This document shows positions 27,146 through 35,719 of a stretch of 64,000 nucleotides of DNA, one piece after another (the first letter of the stretch is position 1; every line of letters begins with the position of its first letter). Made by a program: the position numbers and the translations under genes. Source of the DNA: an uncultured Spirochaetaceae bacterium (lineage in GTDB: Bacteria; Spirochaetota; Spirochaetia; SZUA-6; DRHE01); contig CAZKCQ010000001.1 of NCBI GenBank assembly GCA_964551205.1, positions 5,746-69,745 of the forward strand, written 5' to 3'. The notes beneath the pieces were generated by a model, which saw nothing but the letters and a program-made list of their open reading frames with translations, was not told the origin of the DNA and did no database searches.

Positions 27146-29065
27146 GTGATGTCCGCCTCTGTAGAGACAATTGACAAGCTGCTTTCCGGGCTTCCGAAGC
27201 TGCACATCGGCATCATCGGGGATTTCTGCCTGGACGCTTACTTCGAGGTCGACATGTGCGCCTCCGAGACCTCGGTTGAAACGGGTCTGCCCACCCGTCC
27301 GGTGGCCCAGCAGCGCTACTCCCTGGGGGGGGCCGGCAATGTGGCGGCCAACCTCAAAGCCATGGGGGTAGGGACGGTACGGTGCTTCGGGGTCAGCGGA
27401 GACGATCCCTTCGGGCGGCAGATGCGGCGCATCATGGCCGAGGCGGGTATAGAAGACAGCGAGCTTCCGGTACAGGAACGCGCCTGGGACACACACGTGT
27501 TCACCAAGGTGATCATCGGAGAGGAGGAGCAGCCCCGCCTGGACTTCGGGAACTTCAATGATCTGCATCCCCAGACGGCCGACCGCCTCTTGTCCGACCT
27601 CCGGCGCCGGGTCCCCGAATTGGATCTGCTCATCGTAAACCAACAGGTGCTCCGCGGCATCCACTGCGAGAGCTTCCGAAAGAGACTGATTGACCTGCTG
27701 GCCGGGCATCCCCGGCTGCTGTCGATCGTAGACAGCCGCAACTACAGCGCCGAGTTCCATCCCTGCCTGCGTAAGATCAACGACCGGGAGGCCGCCGTGC
27801 TCTGCGGCAAAGAACCTGGCCTCGACCAGACGATCTCCCTGGAGGAGGCCCGGGAGTACGGCTTGACCCTGTACAGCCGCTGGAACAAGCCCCTGTTTCT
27901 CACCCGGGGCGGGCGGGGCTGCCTGGTCTTCGATGCCGAGGGGTGCACGGAGATCCCCGGCCTGCTGCTGGTCTCCCGGATCGACACAGTGGGAGCAGGG
28001 GACAGCTTTCTGGCCGGGGCTGCGGCTGCTCTGGCGGCGGTAAACAAACCGGGGGTGGCGGCAGAGTTCGGCAATCTGGTGGCGGGGGTGACGGTGCAGA
28101 AGCTGTTCGTCACCGGCACGGCCAGCCCGCAGGAGATCCGGACCCTGGCCGCAGAAGCCAACTATCGCTACCACCCGGAGCTGGCCGCCCTGCCGCAGAA
28201 GGCCCGCTATTTCCGGGACAGCGAAATCGAGATCGTAAGTGAGCTGCCCCACGGCAGCCGCATCACCCATGCGATCTTCGACAACGACGGCACCATCTCC
28301 ACCCTGCGCCAGGGCTGGGAGGAGGTGATGGAGCCGGTGATGATCCGCTCGATTCTCGGCGAGGGATGGCGGAAGGGCGAGGAGACCGCCTACCGGAAGG
28401 TTCGGGACCGGGTTCGAAGCTACATCGACCGGACCACGGGGATCCAGACCCTGGTGCAGATGGTCGGACTGGTGGAGATGGTGCGGGAGTTCGGCCGTGT
28501 GCCCCAGGGGGAAATCCTCGACGAGCACGGCTACAAGGCGCTGTACAACCGGGAGCTGATAAAGGCAGTCAACCGGCGGATTGACAAGATCCGCAGCCGG
28601 GAGCTGTCCGTGGCGGATTTTACACTCAAAGGTGCGGTGGAGTTTCTGCGGGAACTTCACCAGCGCGGCGTACGCCTGTACCTGGCCAGCGGAACGGATC
28701 AGGAGGATGTGGAGCGGGAAGCGGAGATCCTCGGCTATGCCGGGTTGTTCGAAGGCAGGATCTACGGCGCCATCGGTGACATCACCCACGAACCCAAGAG
28801 AAAGGTGCTGGAGAGCATCCTGGGCGACATCCGCCTTAAGAAAGGCGAGCAGGTGACGACCTTCGGGGACGGGCCGGTGGAGATCCAGGAAACCAGCAAG
28901 CGAAAGGGTATCGCCGTGGGGGTGGCCAGCGACGAGGTGCGCCGCTTCGGGATGAACCTGGCCAAACGCAGCCGCCTGATCCAGGCCGGGGCAGATCTGA
29001 TCGTGGCGGATTTCTCCCAGTCCGGGAACCTGATGCAGCTCCTGTTCCCGAAAAAGGGGAAGTAG
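27146..29065 (+). CDS. Bifunctional fusion: HldE/RfaE domain-I-type heptose 7-phosphate kinase with a C-terminal HAD-superfamily hydrolase domain
   Basis: The N-terminal ~330 aa carries 'HIGIIGDFCLDAYF' and 'SLGGAGNVAANLKAMG', the RfaE kinase-domain pattern. The C-terminal ~300 aa carries HAD motif I 'IFDNDGTIS', motif II 'LASGT' and motif IV 'FGDGPVEIQE', with a cap domain. Confidence 0.75.
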   Translation: MMSASVETIDKLLSGLPKLHIGIIGDFCLDAYFEVDMCASETSVETGLPTRPVAQQRYSLGGAGNVAANLKAMGVGTVRCFGVSGDDPFGRQMRRIMAEAGIEDSELPVQERAWDTHVFTKVIIGEEEQPRLDFGNFNDLHPQTADRLLSDLRRRVPELDLLIVNQQVLRGIHCESFRKRLIDLLAGHPRLLSIVDSRNYSAEFHPCLRKINDREAAVLCGKEPGLDQTISLEEAREYGLTLYSRWNKPLFLTRGGRGCLVFDAEGCTEIPGLLLVSRIDTVGAGDSFLAGAAAALAAVNKPGVAAEFGNLVAGVTVQKLFVTGTASPQEIRTLAAEANYRYHPELAALPQKARYFRDSEIEIVSELPHGSRITHAIFDNDGTISTLRQGWEEVMEPVMIRSILGEGWRKGEETAYRKVRDRVRSYIDRTTGIQTLVQMVGLVEMVREFGRVPQGEILDEHGYKALYNRELIKAVNRRIDKIRSRELSVADFTLKGAVEFLRELHQRGVRLYLASGTDQEDVEREAEILGYAGLFEGRIYGAIGDITHEPKRKVLESILGDIRLKKGEQVTTFGDGPVEIQETSKRKGIAVGVASDEVRRFGMNLAKRSRLIQAGADLIVADFSQSGNLMQLLFPKKGK

Positions 29066-29068
29066 CAG

Positions 29069-30172
29069 ATGCCCTTTGCCCGGTTTGATCGAAGGCGGCT
29101 TCGCTTCCAGGCCCTGAAAACCCGCAGGAATCGGGTGTTCATCGAGACGGATCACGTCTCCCCCACGACTCCGCCGGGTCCGCTGGACCCGGATACCCTG
29201 GCCGCGATCGAAGAACTGGCCCGGGCTGTCAGGGAGGCTCGCTCCGGCAAGCGGCCGGTGGTTCTGGCCTTCGGAGCCCACACCATCAAGAACGGCCTGG
29301 CCCCGGTGCTCATCCGGCTGATCGAACAGGGTTGGTTGACCCACCTGGCCACCAACGGGGCCGGGATCATCCACGACTGGGAGTTCGCCTTTCAGGGGGC
29401 GAGCTCCGAAGACGTGCGGGAGAACGTGCACCAGGGAAGCTTCGGGATCTGGGAGGAGACCGGACGCTACCTGAACCTGGCCTTGCTGGTGGGAGCCTAT
29501 GAGGGCTTCGGATACGGGGAATCGGTCGGGTCCCTGGTCGAGCATGACGGCCTGAGGATCCCGGATAGGGCCGAGCTGATCGGGGCCGCCGAGCAGGCCT
29601 CGATAGATCCCGAGCGGGCCGCGGCAGCGGCGGACCTGCTCTGGGCCGTGGAGGCCTTCGCTTTACAGCCGGGATTCCTCTCCGTGAAGCATCTCTTCAA
29701 GCGCTACGGACTGCAGGCCGCGGCTTTTCGACTCCGGGTTCCCTTCACCGCCCACCCCATGTTCGGCCACGACATCATCTACACCCATCCCCTGAATCGG
29801 GGGGCCGCGGTCGGCCGCACCGCGGAACGAGATTTTCTGGTCTTTGCCCAAACGATCGCCGATCTGGAGGGAGGGGTGTATATCTCCCTCGGCTCGGCGG
29901 TGATGTCTCCGATGATCTTCGAGAAGTCCCTGTCCATGGCCCGCAACCTGGCCCTGCAGCAACGGCGGAGGATCGAGGAGTTCTCGATCTTCGTGGTCGA
30001 TCTGGCCGAGTCGGGCTGGGACTGGCAGAAGGACGGGGAACCGCCCCCGGATCATGCCGCCTACTACGTGCGCTATCTCAAAACCTTCAGCCGCATGGGG
30101 GGACGCTTGAGCTACCTGCAGGCGGACAACCGGGATTTTCTGCTGGCCCTCTGCAGAGCCCTCGGTGGGTAG
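29069..30172 (+). CDS. Conserved hypothetical protein, possible deoxyhypusine-synthase-like NAD-binding fold
   Basis: 'VLAFGAHTIKNGLAPVLIRLIEQGWLTHLATNGAGIIHDW' parallels the DHS '[41 protein letters not shown]'. 'VPFTAHPMFGHDIIYTH' parallels the DHS 'IPVFSPALTDGSLGDMIF'. This is read from motif resemblance only. Confidence 0.4.
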   Translation: MPFARFDRRRLRFQALKTRRNRVFIETDHVSPTTPPGPLDPDTLAAIEELARAVREARSGKRPVVLAFGAHTIKNGLAPVLIRLIEQGWLTHLATNGAGIIHDWEFAFQGASSEDVRENVHQGSFGIWEETGRYLNLALLVGAYEGFGYGESVGSLVEHDGLRIPDRAELIGAAEQASIDPERAAAAADLLWAVEAFALQPGFLSVKHLFKRYGLQAAAFRLRVPFTAHPMFGHDIIYTHPLNRGAAVGRTAERDFLVFAQTIADLEGGVYISLGSAVMSPMIFEKSLSMARNLALQQRRRIEEFSIFVVDLAESGWDWQKDGEPPPDHAAYYVRYLKTFSRMGGRLSYLQADNRDFLLALCRALGG

Positions 30173-30235
30173 CCCGGATCGGGGGGCGACCCTGGGCTCG
30201 CCTAAAACAATAGGTGCAGGAAAGGAGATGAGGCA

Positions 30236-31459
30236 GTGACATCTCGGGAACGGATACTGGCGGCCTTCGATCACCGTGAAGCGGATCGCCTGCCTGTGGA
30301 TCTTTCGGGCCACCGCTCCTCGGGTCTGAGTGCCGCGCTCTACCCGGGGCTGAGAAGGGCCCTGGGTTTGGTGCCGCGGCCTGTTCGGGTCTACGATCCC
30401 ATTCAACAGCTGGCGATCATCGACCAGGACGTTCTGGATTGCCTGGGGGTCGACACGATCGAGCTGGGGCGGGCCTTCGCCCTGGAGGAGAGGGATTGGG
30501 TCGACTGGACGCTTCCCGACGGCACCCCCTGCCAGATGCCGGCCTGGGCATGCCCGCAACGCCTGGACGGACGCTGGGTATTGAGGTCTTCGGAAGGGAT
30601 AATCCTGGCCCAGATGCCCGACGGAGCCCTGTACTTCGAGCAGACACGCTGGCCTTTCCACGAAAAAGAAAACCTCGATAGACTGCCTGAGGCGCTGCAG
30701 GAGGTGATGTGGGTGCGCTTTCCCTCTCCCCCCGGCCCCCTGGCTGACGGACCGCAGGGTAATAAAAAGCTGGCTGAAGGGGCGCGGCGGCTGCGGGAAT
30801 CGACGGATCGGGCCGTCATCGGCCTGTTCGGGGGAAGCATCTTCGAGTACGGAGAGTGGTTGTACGGGATGGACAACTATCTCTGCATGTTCGCCGGAGA
30901 GCCGAAGCGCCTCGATCGCTTCCTCGAGCGCCTGGTGGCGCAGCACCTGGTTGATCTGGAACGCTATCTGAGCGCGGTGGGGCCGTACATCGACATCATC
31001 GCCTTCGGGGACGACCTGGGCATGCAGACCGGGCCCATCATCTCTCCTGAGATGTACCGCCGCTTCCTAAAACCCCACCACATCACCATGTGGGGCCGAG
31101 CCAAGGAGCTGGCGCCGGTGAAGGTGATGCTCCACTGCTGCGGCGGGATCCGCGAGCTGCTTGCGGACCTGATCGACGCCGGGCTGGAGGCGGTGAATCC
31201 GGTCCAGACCAGCAGCGCAGGCATGGATCCGCAGATGCTGAAGCGGGAGTTCGGCAGGGATATCGTATTTTGGGGCGGAGGCTGCGATACCCGGGACGTG
31301 CTGCCTAAAGCCAAGCCCGGGCGGGTCAAAGACCATGTACGCAGCCGGGTGGAGATCCTAGGCCAGGGCGGCGGCTTCGTGTTTCAGCAGGTGCACAATA
31401 TCCTCTCCGACGTCCCCGTGGAAAACATCATCGCCATGTACGAGGCTGTCCGTCAGTGA
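30236..31459 (+). CDS. URO-D/MtaA-like family protein (paralogue 3)
   Basis: GTG start at 30236 with an AAAGGAG RBS. 'FGDDLGMQTGPIISPEMYRRFLKP' and 'MLHCCGGIRELLADLIDAGLEAVNPVQ' motifs. Confidence 0.75.
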   Translation: MTSRERILAAFDHREADRLPVDLSGHRSSGLSAALYPGLRRALGLVPRPVRVYDPIQQLAIIDQDVLDCLGVDTIELGRAFALEERDWVDWTLPDGTPCQMPAWACPQRLDGRWVLRSSEGIILAQMPDGALYFEQTRWPFHEKENLDRLPEALQEVMWVRFPSPPGPLADGPQGNKKLAEGARRLRESTDRAVIGLFGGSIFEYGEWLYGMDNYLCMFAGEPKRLDRFLERLVAQHLVDLERYLSAVGPYIDIIAFGDDLGMQTGPIISPEMYRRFLKPHHITMWGRAKELAPVKVMLHCCGGIRELLADLIDAGLEAVNPVQTSSAGMDPQMLKREFGRDIVFWGGGCDTRDVLPKAKPGRVKDHVRSRVEILGQGGGFVFQQVHNILSDVPVENIIAMYEAVRQ

Positions 31460-31551
31460 AGATTACCGCCGGGGATGGAGCGCTCGGAAGTCCCTCGATT
31501 TAATACAAGCTCAGTGGACAAACCGTGCGGAGTCGGTCCATAATCCGTCGC

Positions 31552-32565
31552 ATGGATTCCAAGGAAATCGTCTACCGCGCCCTCGCCTTTGAGGACGTAC
31601 CCCGGGTGCCCTACGCCGTAGACTTCACGGTGCCCGCCCGGGAAAAGCTCTGCGCCTCAGCGGCCGGCAGGAAACTGTACGACCGCATCGAGAACGATCT
31701 GCTGCTGACCCCGGTGATCCGGGTGGAATGGGGGACTCACGACGCCTCGGGCCTGTATGAAGACGAGTTCGGTCTGATCTGGGACCGTAGCCTGGATCCG
31801 GACATCGGCATCCCCCGATCCTTCGTCACACCGGAGAATCTGGATTCGATCCCCTGGCCGGATCCCCGGTTTGGGAGACGATTCGATGTGCTTCGAGACA
31901 ATATCAGGCAATATCCAGATCGTTTTCAGGTGATGAGCCTGGATTTCAGCCTGTACGAGAGGTCCTGGGGTCTGCGCGGTCTGGTAAATATGTATGTGGA
32001 CATGGTGGAACGACCCGATTTCACCGAAGCCCTGCTGGACCGGGTGCTTGAGTTCAACCTGAAGATCATCGAAGCGGGTCTTGAGACCTGTCCACAGGTC
32101 GATGCCGTGCATTTCGGGGACGACTTCGGCAGCCAGACCGGTATCCCCATGGGGGCGGAGCGCTGGCGTCGGCTGCTCAAGCCGAGGCTTGCCCGTCAGT
32201 ACGCTGCGGTCAAGGATGCCGGAAAGGTGGTATCCATCCACAGCTGCGGTAAAGTGGAGGAGATCCTCGACGATCTGGTGGAAATTGGCGTGGACCTGTT
32301 CAATCCCTTCCAGCCGGAAGTCACGGACGTTCCAGTAATTTTTCAACGATACCACGGCCGGCTGGCCTTCTGGGGCGGGGTGAGCACGCAGAAGCTGCTC
32401 CCCTATGCCGGTGTCGAGGAGGTGCGGCGGCAGATCGACAGGCTCCTGGACATGGGAAAGAACGGAGGCTACGTGATCGCGCCGGCCCATGCCACGCCCG
32501 GGGACGCCAGGGTGGAGAACATGGAAACTATGCTGCGGATGATCATCGAACAGGGGGCCCGATAA
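31552..32565 (+). CDS. URO-D/MtaA-like family protein (paralogue 4)
   Basis: 'HFGDDFGSQTGIPMGAERWRRLLKP', 'SIHSCGKVEEILDDLVEIGVDLFNPFQ' and the C-terminal 'FWGGVSTQKLLPYAGVEEVRRQIDRLLDMGKNGGYVIAPAH'. The start may be 31525 or 31552. Confidence 0.7.
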   Translation: MDSKEIVYRALAFEDVPRVPYAVDFTVPAREKLCASAAGRKLYDRIENDLLLTPVIRVEWGTHDASGLYEDEFGLIWDRSLDPDIGIPRSFVTPENLDSIPWPDPRFGRRFDVLRDNIRQYPDRFQVMSLDFSLYERSWGLRGLVNMYVDMVERPDFTEALLDRVLEFNLKIIEAGLETCPQVDAVHFGDDFGSQTGIPMGAERWRRLLKPRLARQYAAVKDAGKVVSIHSCGKVEEILDDLVEIGVDLFNPFQPEVTDVPVIFQRYHGRLAFWGGVSTQKLLPYAGVEEVRRQIDRLLDMGKNGGYVIAPAHATPGDARVENMETMLRMIIEQGAR

Positions 32566-32821
32566 CGGCGGTGCAGTCATCCACGTGCCTTGAACGCCAG
32601 AGTTTGTGCTTCAGGCTGTGCTCCGCGTAGTAGAATGGGTCTTGAAAGTAGCGGTTGACATCGAGGTCTTCAAGGATCGTCCCGGCGATCGGTTCCTCCA
32701 GCGCGACAAAAAAGCTCGCCGTTCCCGGCTTCCGCGACTTGCTGCTTGTTCGATTGTTCTTGCTTTCGGTTACCGCGAACACCTCATCGATCAGCGCGTC
32801 GAGCATGCCCTTATCGGCCAC
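32543..32821 (-). CDS. Small hypothetical protein (92 aa) between two URO-D-like genes
   Basis: The ORF is 'MADKGMLDALIDEVFAVTESK...'. Its start lies 17 nt after the stop of the upstream minus-strand URO-D-like gene and its 3' end overlaps the plus-strand URO-D gene by about 22 nt. No recognisable family. Confidence 0.25.
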   Translation of the reverse strand: MADKGMLDALIDEVFAVTESKNNRTSSKSRKPGTASFFVALEEPIAGTILEDLDVNRYFQDPFYYAEHSLKHKLWRSRHVDDCTAVIGPPVR

Positions 32822-32837
32822 TATCGGCCTCCTTCAG

Positions 32838-33890
32838 CTACAGACTCGGCACTGTCAGGCCGTCCTGCCGCAGGCAGGCTTCGAGGATCACGAGCAGATT
32901 TTCGTCCCGGGTGCCGTGCTCGATGTCCGGGACAGACAGGCTGAAGCGGTGACGGTCGCCCGCAGGAACCCGGGCCAAAATCCTTTCCGTCTCCTCCTCG
33001 ACTTCAACTGCAGAAGCACTGAGAAGGAACTGGGCGCTGTAGATGTAGCGTACCAGCGCTTCGGGAAAGCCCGCCAGGGTTTTGGCGATATCGGAGCCCC
33101 AGCCGATCTCCAGGAACTCCACCTTGGGAATCCTGCGGTAGGCGGAGAGGTACGGATCGAAAACACCGCAGTGATGGATGCCGAAGGGACATCCGGCCGC
33201 CTCCGCGACCGCGAAGATCTCCAGATCGAAGGGCAGCAGCCAGTCGGTATAGCTCTCCGGTCCCACGAAGGGCACAGTACAGTTGGTCAGGATCGTCGTC
33301 TCCGGTCGTCGGTTGGCCGCGTTGAAGTTAACCACGGCCTGGAGAATCCCATAACAAAAGGCGAGCAGATGCCCCGCCAGCTCCGGGTCCTCCTCCCTGT
33401 CCAGAAAAAAATCCTGACCCCGGATCAGCACCGCATCGTTGAGCACTCCCCTGGGAACAAAAAGAGGCGATTCCGTGCGGCCGAGCCGGCTGTTCAGCCT
33501 CTCCACCTGGCTCACGATCTCACTGTAGGGGAAAACAGAGGTGATATCCGACGGGACCTCCAGAGCCCTCACCTTCTCCGCTTCGAGGTGGCGGTTCCAG
33601 GGGTAATTGTCCACCGGGTAGGCGATCTCGCAGCCCGCCGCGGCCGCGGTGGCGGCGTTGCCGAAATCGGGGGGTACCACATCGGCGACCGGATCGCTGT
33701 CACCGATGGCGAGCTGCGGAAAGCGCCGTGCCAGCGTGCGGGCCATCTCCTGGTGGCAGGACACCCGGTAGTCGGGGCCGAAAACAAACTCCCTGCCGAA
33801 GTCCAACCCGTAGCCCCGATGCCACCAGGAGGGCAGGAAGTTGTAGAGCAGACTGTCGATCGGCAGCTTGCGGCGGACCGTATACCACAT
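32838..33890 (-). CDS. URO-D/MtaA-like family protein (paralogue 5, divergent)
   Basis: 'AAAAGCEIAYPVDNYPW...CPFGIHHCGVFDPYLSAYRRIPKVEFLEIGWGSD' has the 'HxCG' block shared with the other paralogues. Confidence 0.6.
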   Translation of the reverse strand: MWYTVRRKLPIDSLLYNFLPSWWHRGYGLDFGREFVFGPDYRVSCHQEMARTLARRFPQLAIGDSDPVADVVPPDFGNAATAAAAGCEIAYPVDNYPWNRHLEAEKVRALEVPSDITSVFPYSEIVSQVERLNSRLGRTESPLFVPRGVLNDAVLIRGQDFFLDREEDPELAGHLLAFCYGILQAVVNFNAANRRPETTILTNCTVPFVGPESYTDWLLPFDLEIFAVAEAAGCPFGIHHCGVFDPYLSAYRRIPKVEFLEIGWGSDIAKTLAGFPEALVRYIYSAQFLLSASAVEVEEETERILARVPAGDRHRFSLSVPDIEHGTRDENLLVILEACLRQDGLTVPSL

Positions 33891-33914
33891 CTCAGGAAGG
33901 CCCCCGGGAATCAG

Positions 33915-34628
33915 TCAAGCTTTGTTCTCCACCACGACCTTCAATGTTCCGGGTTTGCGGGCAGCGGCCAGGCGCAGAGCCTCCTCCACCTGTTCGAGGG
34001 TAAAACGGTAGCTTATCAGCTTTTTCATGTTGACCACCCCACGGGAAACCAGAGCAAGCGCTTCGGGGTATACGTTGCAGTAGCGGAACATCCCCTTGAC
34101 CTCCAGCTCCTTGATCCCGATCTGGTGAACGTCCAACTCTTGGACTGCTTCCGGAGGCCAGCCGCCGAATCGCCTCCCGGGCGAAGATGTGATCGCTCAC
34201 GGTCCCGGTCTTGATCTGTTTTTCGGCGTGGGTGACCACGCTGCACTTGGGGACATGACTGTCCGTGCCACTGGTGGTGGTCAACAGGACGATCGGCGGG
34301 GTGGTTGTCCCGGGTTGCCGGGGCTGGAAATAGGCATAGTCGAAACTCTTACGCGGATGGGTCATTTCGATGGCCGCCGCTTTGGCCACGTCCATCACAC
34401 TGCCGCCGCCGACTCCCAGGACCAGGTCACAGTCCGTCTTTTTCCCAGCAGCCGCGGCGCTGACTATCTCCGTGTTCGGGTTGGGCTGTGCTTCGTCATA
34501 GACCGCGACCGCCAGGCCCGCACCCTCCAGCAGCACGCGCCGACCGCAGGGCGTCACAGCTTCCGCCAACTCGGCGAGCTTTCCGGAGCCGAAGCGGATC
34601 TTGCCCGGCAGAAAATAGTTGAATCCCA
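33915..34628 (-). pseudogene. Decayed chimeric remnant: N-terminal ~165 aa of an iron-containing alcohol dehydrogenase followed (other frame) by the C-terminal 73 aa of a Zn-dependent MDR alcohol dehydrogenase
   Basis: 'MGFNYFLPGKIRFGSGK...DLVLGVGGGSVMDVAKAAA...LLTTTSGTDSHV' is the Fe-ADH N-terminal half. The frame then degenerates. The separate ORF 33915-34136 'GMFRYCNVYPEALALVSRGVVNMKKLISYRFTLEQVEEAL...KVVVE' is an MDR C-terminus. Confidence 0.5.
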
Positions 34629-34766
34629 TAACGACCCACCTCCAGCCAACGTGGTTGCCCAGAGGATCATTGATACACAATTTCGGCCAAAATCTACCAG
34701 GAGAATGGAGGCATCCTATCTGAGTTGCCCGGATTGCGCAAGAGCGATAGCGACGGCAAACTTCAC

Positions 34767-35681
34767 TCACTGCGGGAAAAAGCTTCTGATGTGCACCACG
34801 GACTCCACGATCTTATCCCTCAGAAGGTAATCCGAGTAATCCCGCCCGAGCTTAGGCCCGACCAGCTCCAGATAGCCGACGATGTGATCCAGGGGAAAAT
34901 TTTCCTGATTCCTGTCGATGATCCGCCGCAGTCGGGACAGGTCCACGATTCCTGATGGCAGGTCCTCCGGAGAGAAACCGAAGGTCGCGTTGAACCTGGC
35001 ATCCGTGTTCTTGAGGTGAAACTCCGCCATAAAAGGGATTTGGTTTTCGAACAGGCTCCAGTTGTCGTGGATCACTCTTCCGCTGCTGTCTGCCACTCCG
35101 TGGCTGATGTCGGCACATACGTAGACGGGTACGGTCGAACCTCCTGCGCTTTGGTGGTGGGTGTGCAGGGTGCCGAGCATGTGATCCAGCTCCTCCGGCA
35201 GGCTTGGCGGCTCGGCCAGGCAGGACATAGGTTCGATGGACAAAAATTCCAGACCCTCGTCGCAGGCAAGAGCCATCAGCTCCTTCATGTTGTCGAGGTA
35301 GATCTGGATACCCTGATCCTTGCTCTCCAACCTGTCTCGGTACACGGAGCCTGGATTACTCCCAACCGAATCCGCCCCTACCAGGGATGCGATTTCGATG
35401 TAACGCTCATAGTTACGGCGGGATACCTTTTGGAGATACCGATCACCGGAGAAAAACCCCCCCAGCTCCCGGTAGGAGGAGAAACAACTCTTGATCATCA
35501 CACCCCGTGCCGCCGCCCGTTCTTTCAAGGAGAGGAAGAAGCCGTCCTCCAAACTGTAGAGCTCGGGAAAACTTCCCAGCTGCAGATACCGCAGATCCAA
35601 CTCATCCATCAGATCGAAGAGCCAGTCATAGCTGTAGCGGTAGTGGATCGGATCGCTTTTGATACCCAGGCTGATCTGCAT
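34767..35681 (-). CDS. Sugar phosphate isomerase/epimerase (xylose-isomerase-like TIM barrel)
   Basis: 304 aa with 'LRYLQLG', 'LEFLSIEPM' and 'HLKNTD' blocks. Confidence 0.65.
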   Translation of the reverse strand: MQISLGIKSDPIHYRYSYDWLFDLMDELDLRYLQLGSFPELYSLEDGFFLSLKERAAARGVMIKSCFSSYRELGGFFSGDRYLQKVSRRNYERYIEIASLVGADSVGSNPGSVYRDRLESKDQGIQIYLDNMKELMALACDEGLEFLSIEPMSCLAEPPSLPEELDHMLGTLHTHHQSAGGSTVPVYVCADISHGVADSSGRVIHDNWSLFENQIPFMAEFHLKNTDARFNATFGFSPEDLPSGIVDLSRLRRIIDRNQENFPLDHIVGYLELVGPKLGRDYSDYLLRDKIVESVVHIRSFFPQ

Positions 35682-35719
35682 CTCGCTCCCTTCTTTAAGT
35701 ACGACCGGAAATCTCCCGC

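Noticed and set aside
26954-29545. Very long (863 aa) minus-strand ORF antisense to the heptose kinase::HAD and DHS-like genes
   Set aside because: The translation is Pro/Gly/Arg/Ala-rich and low-complexity, with no RBS and no recognisable motifs. Long antisense ORFs are expected by chance in about 65% GC DNA where stop codons are rare. The plus-strand genes have clear family motifs.
32655-34214. 519 aa plus-strand ORF overlapping the minus-strand URO-D-like gene and the ADH remnants
   Set aside because: Antisense to a gene with clear family motifs. The translation is compositionally biased and Arg/Gly-rich with no domains, so it is a typical high-GC shadow ORF.
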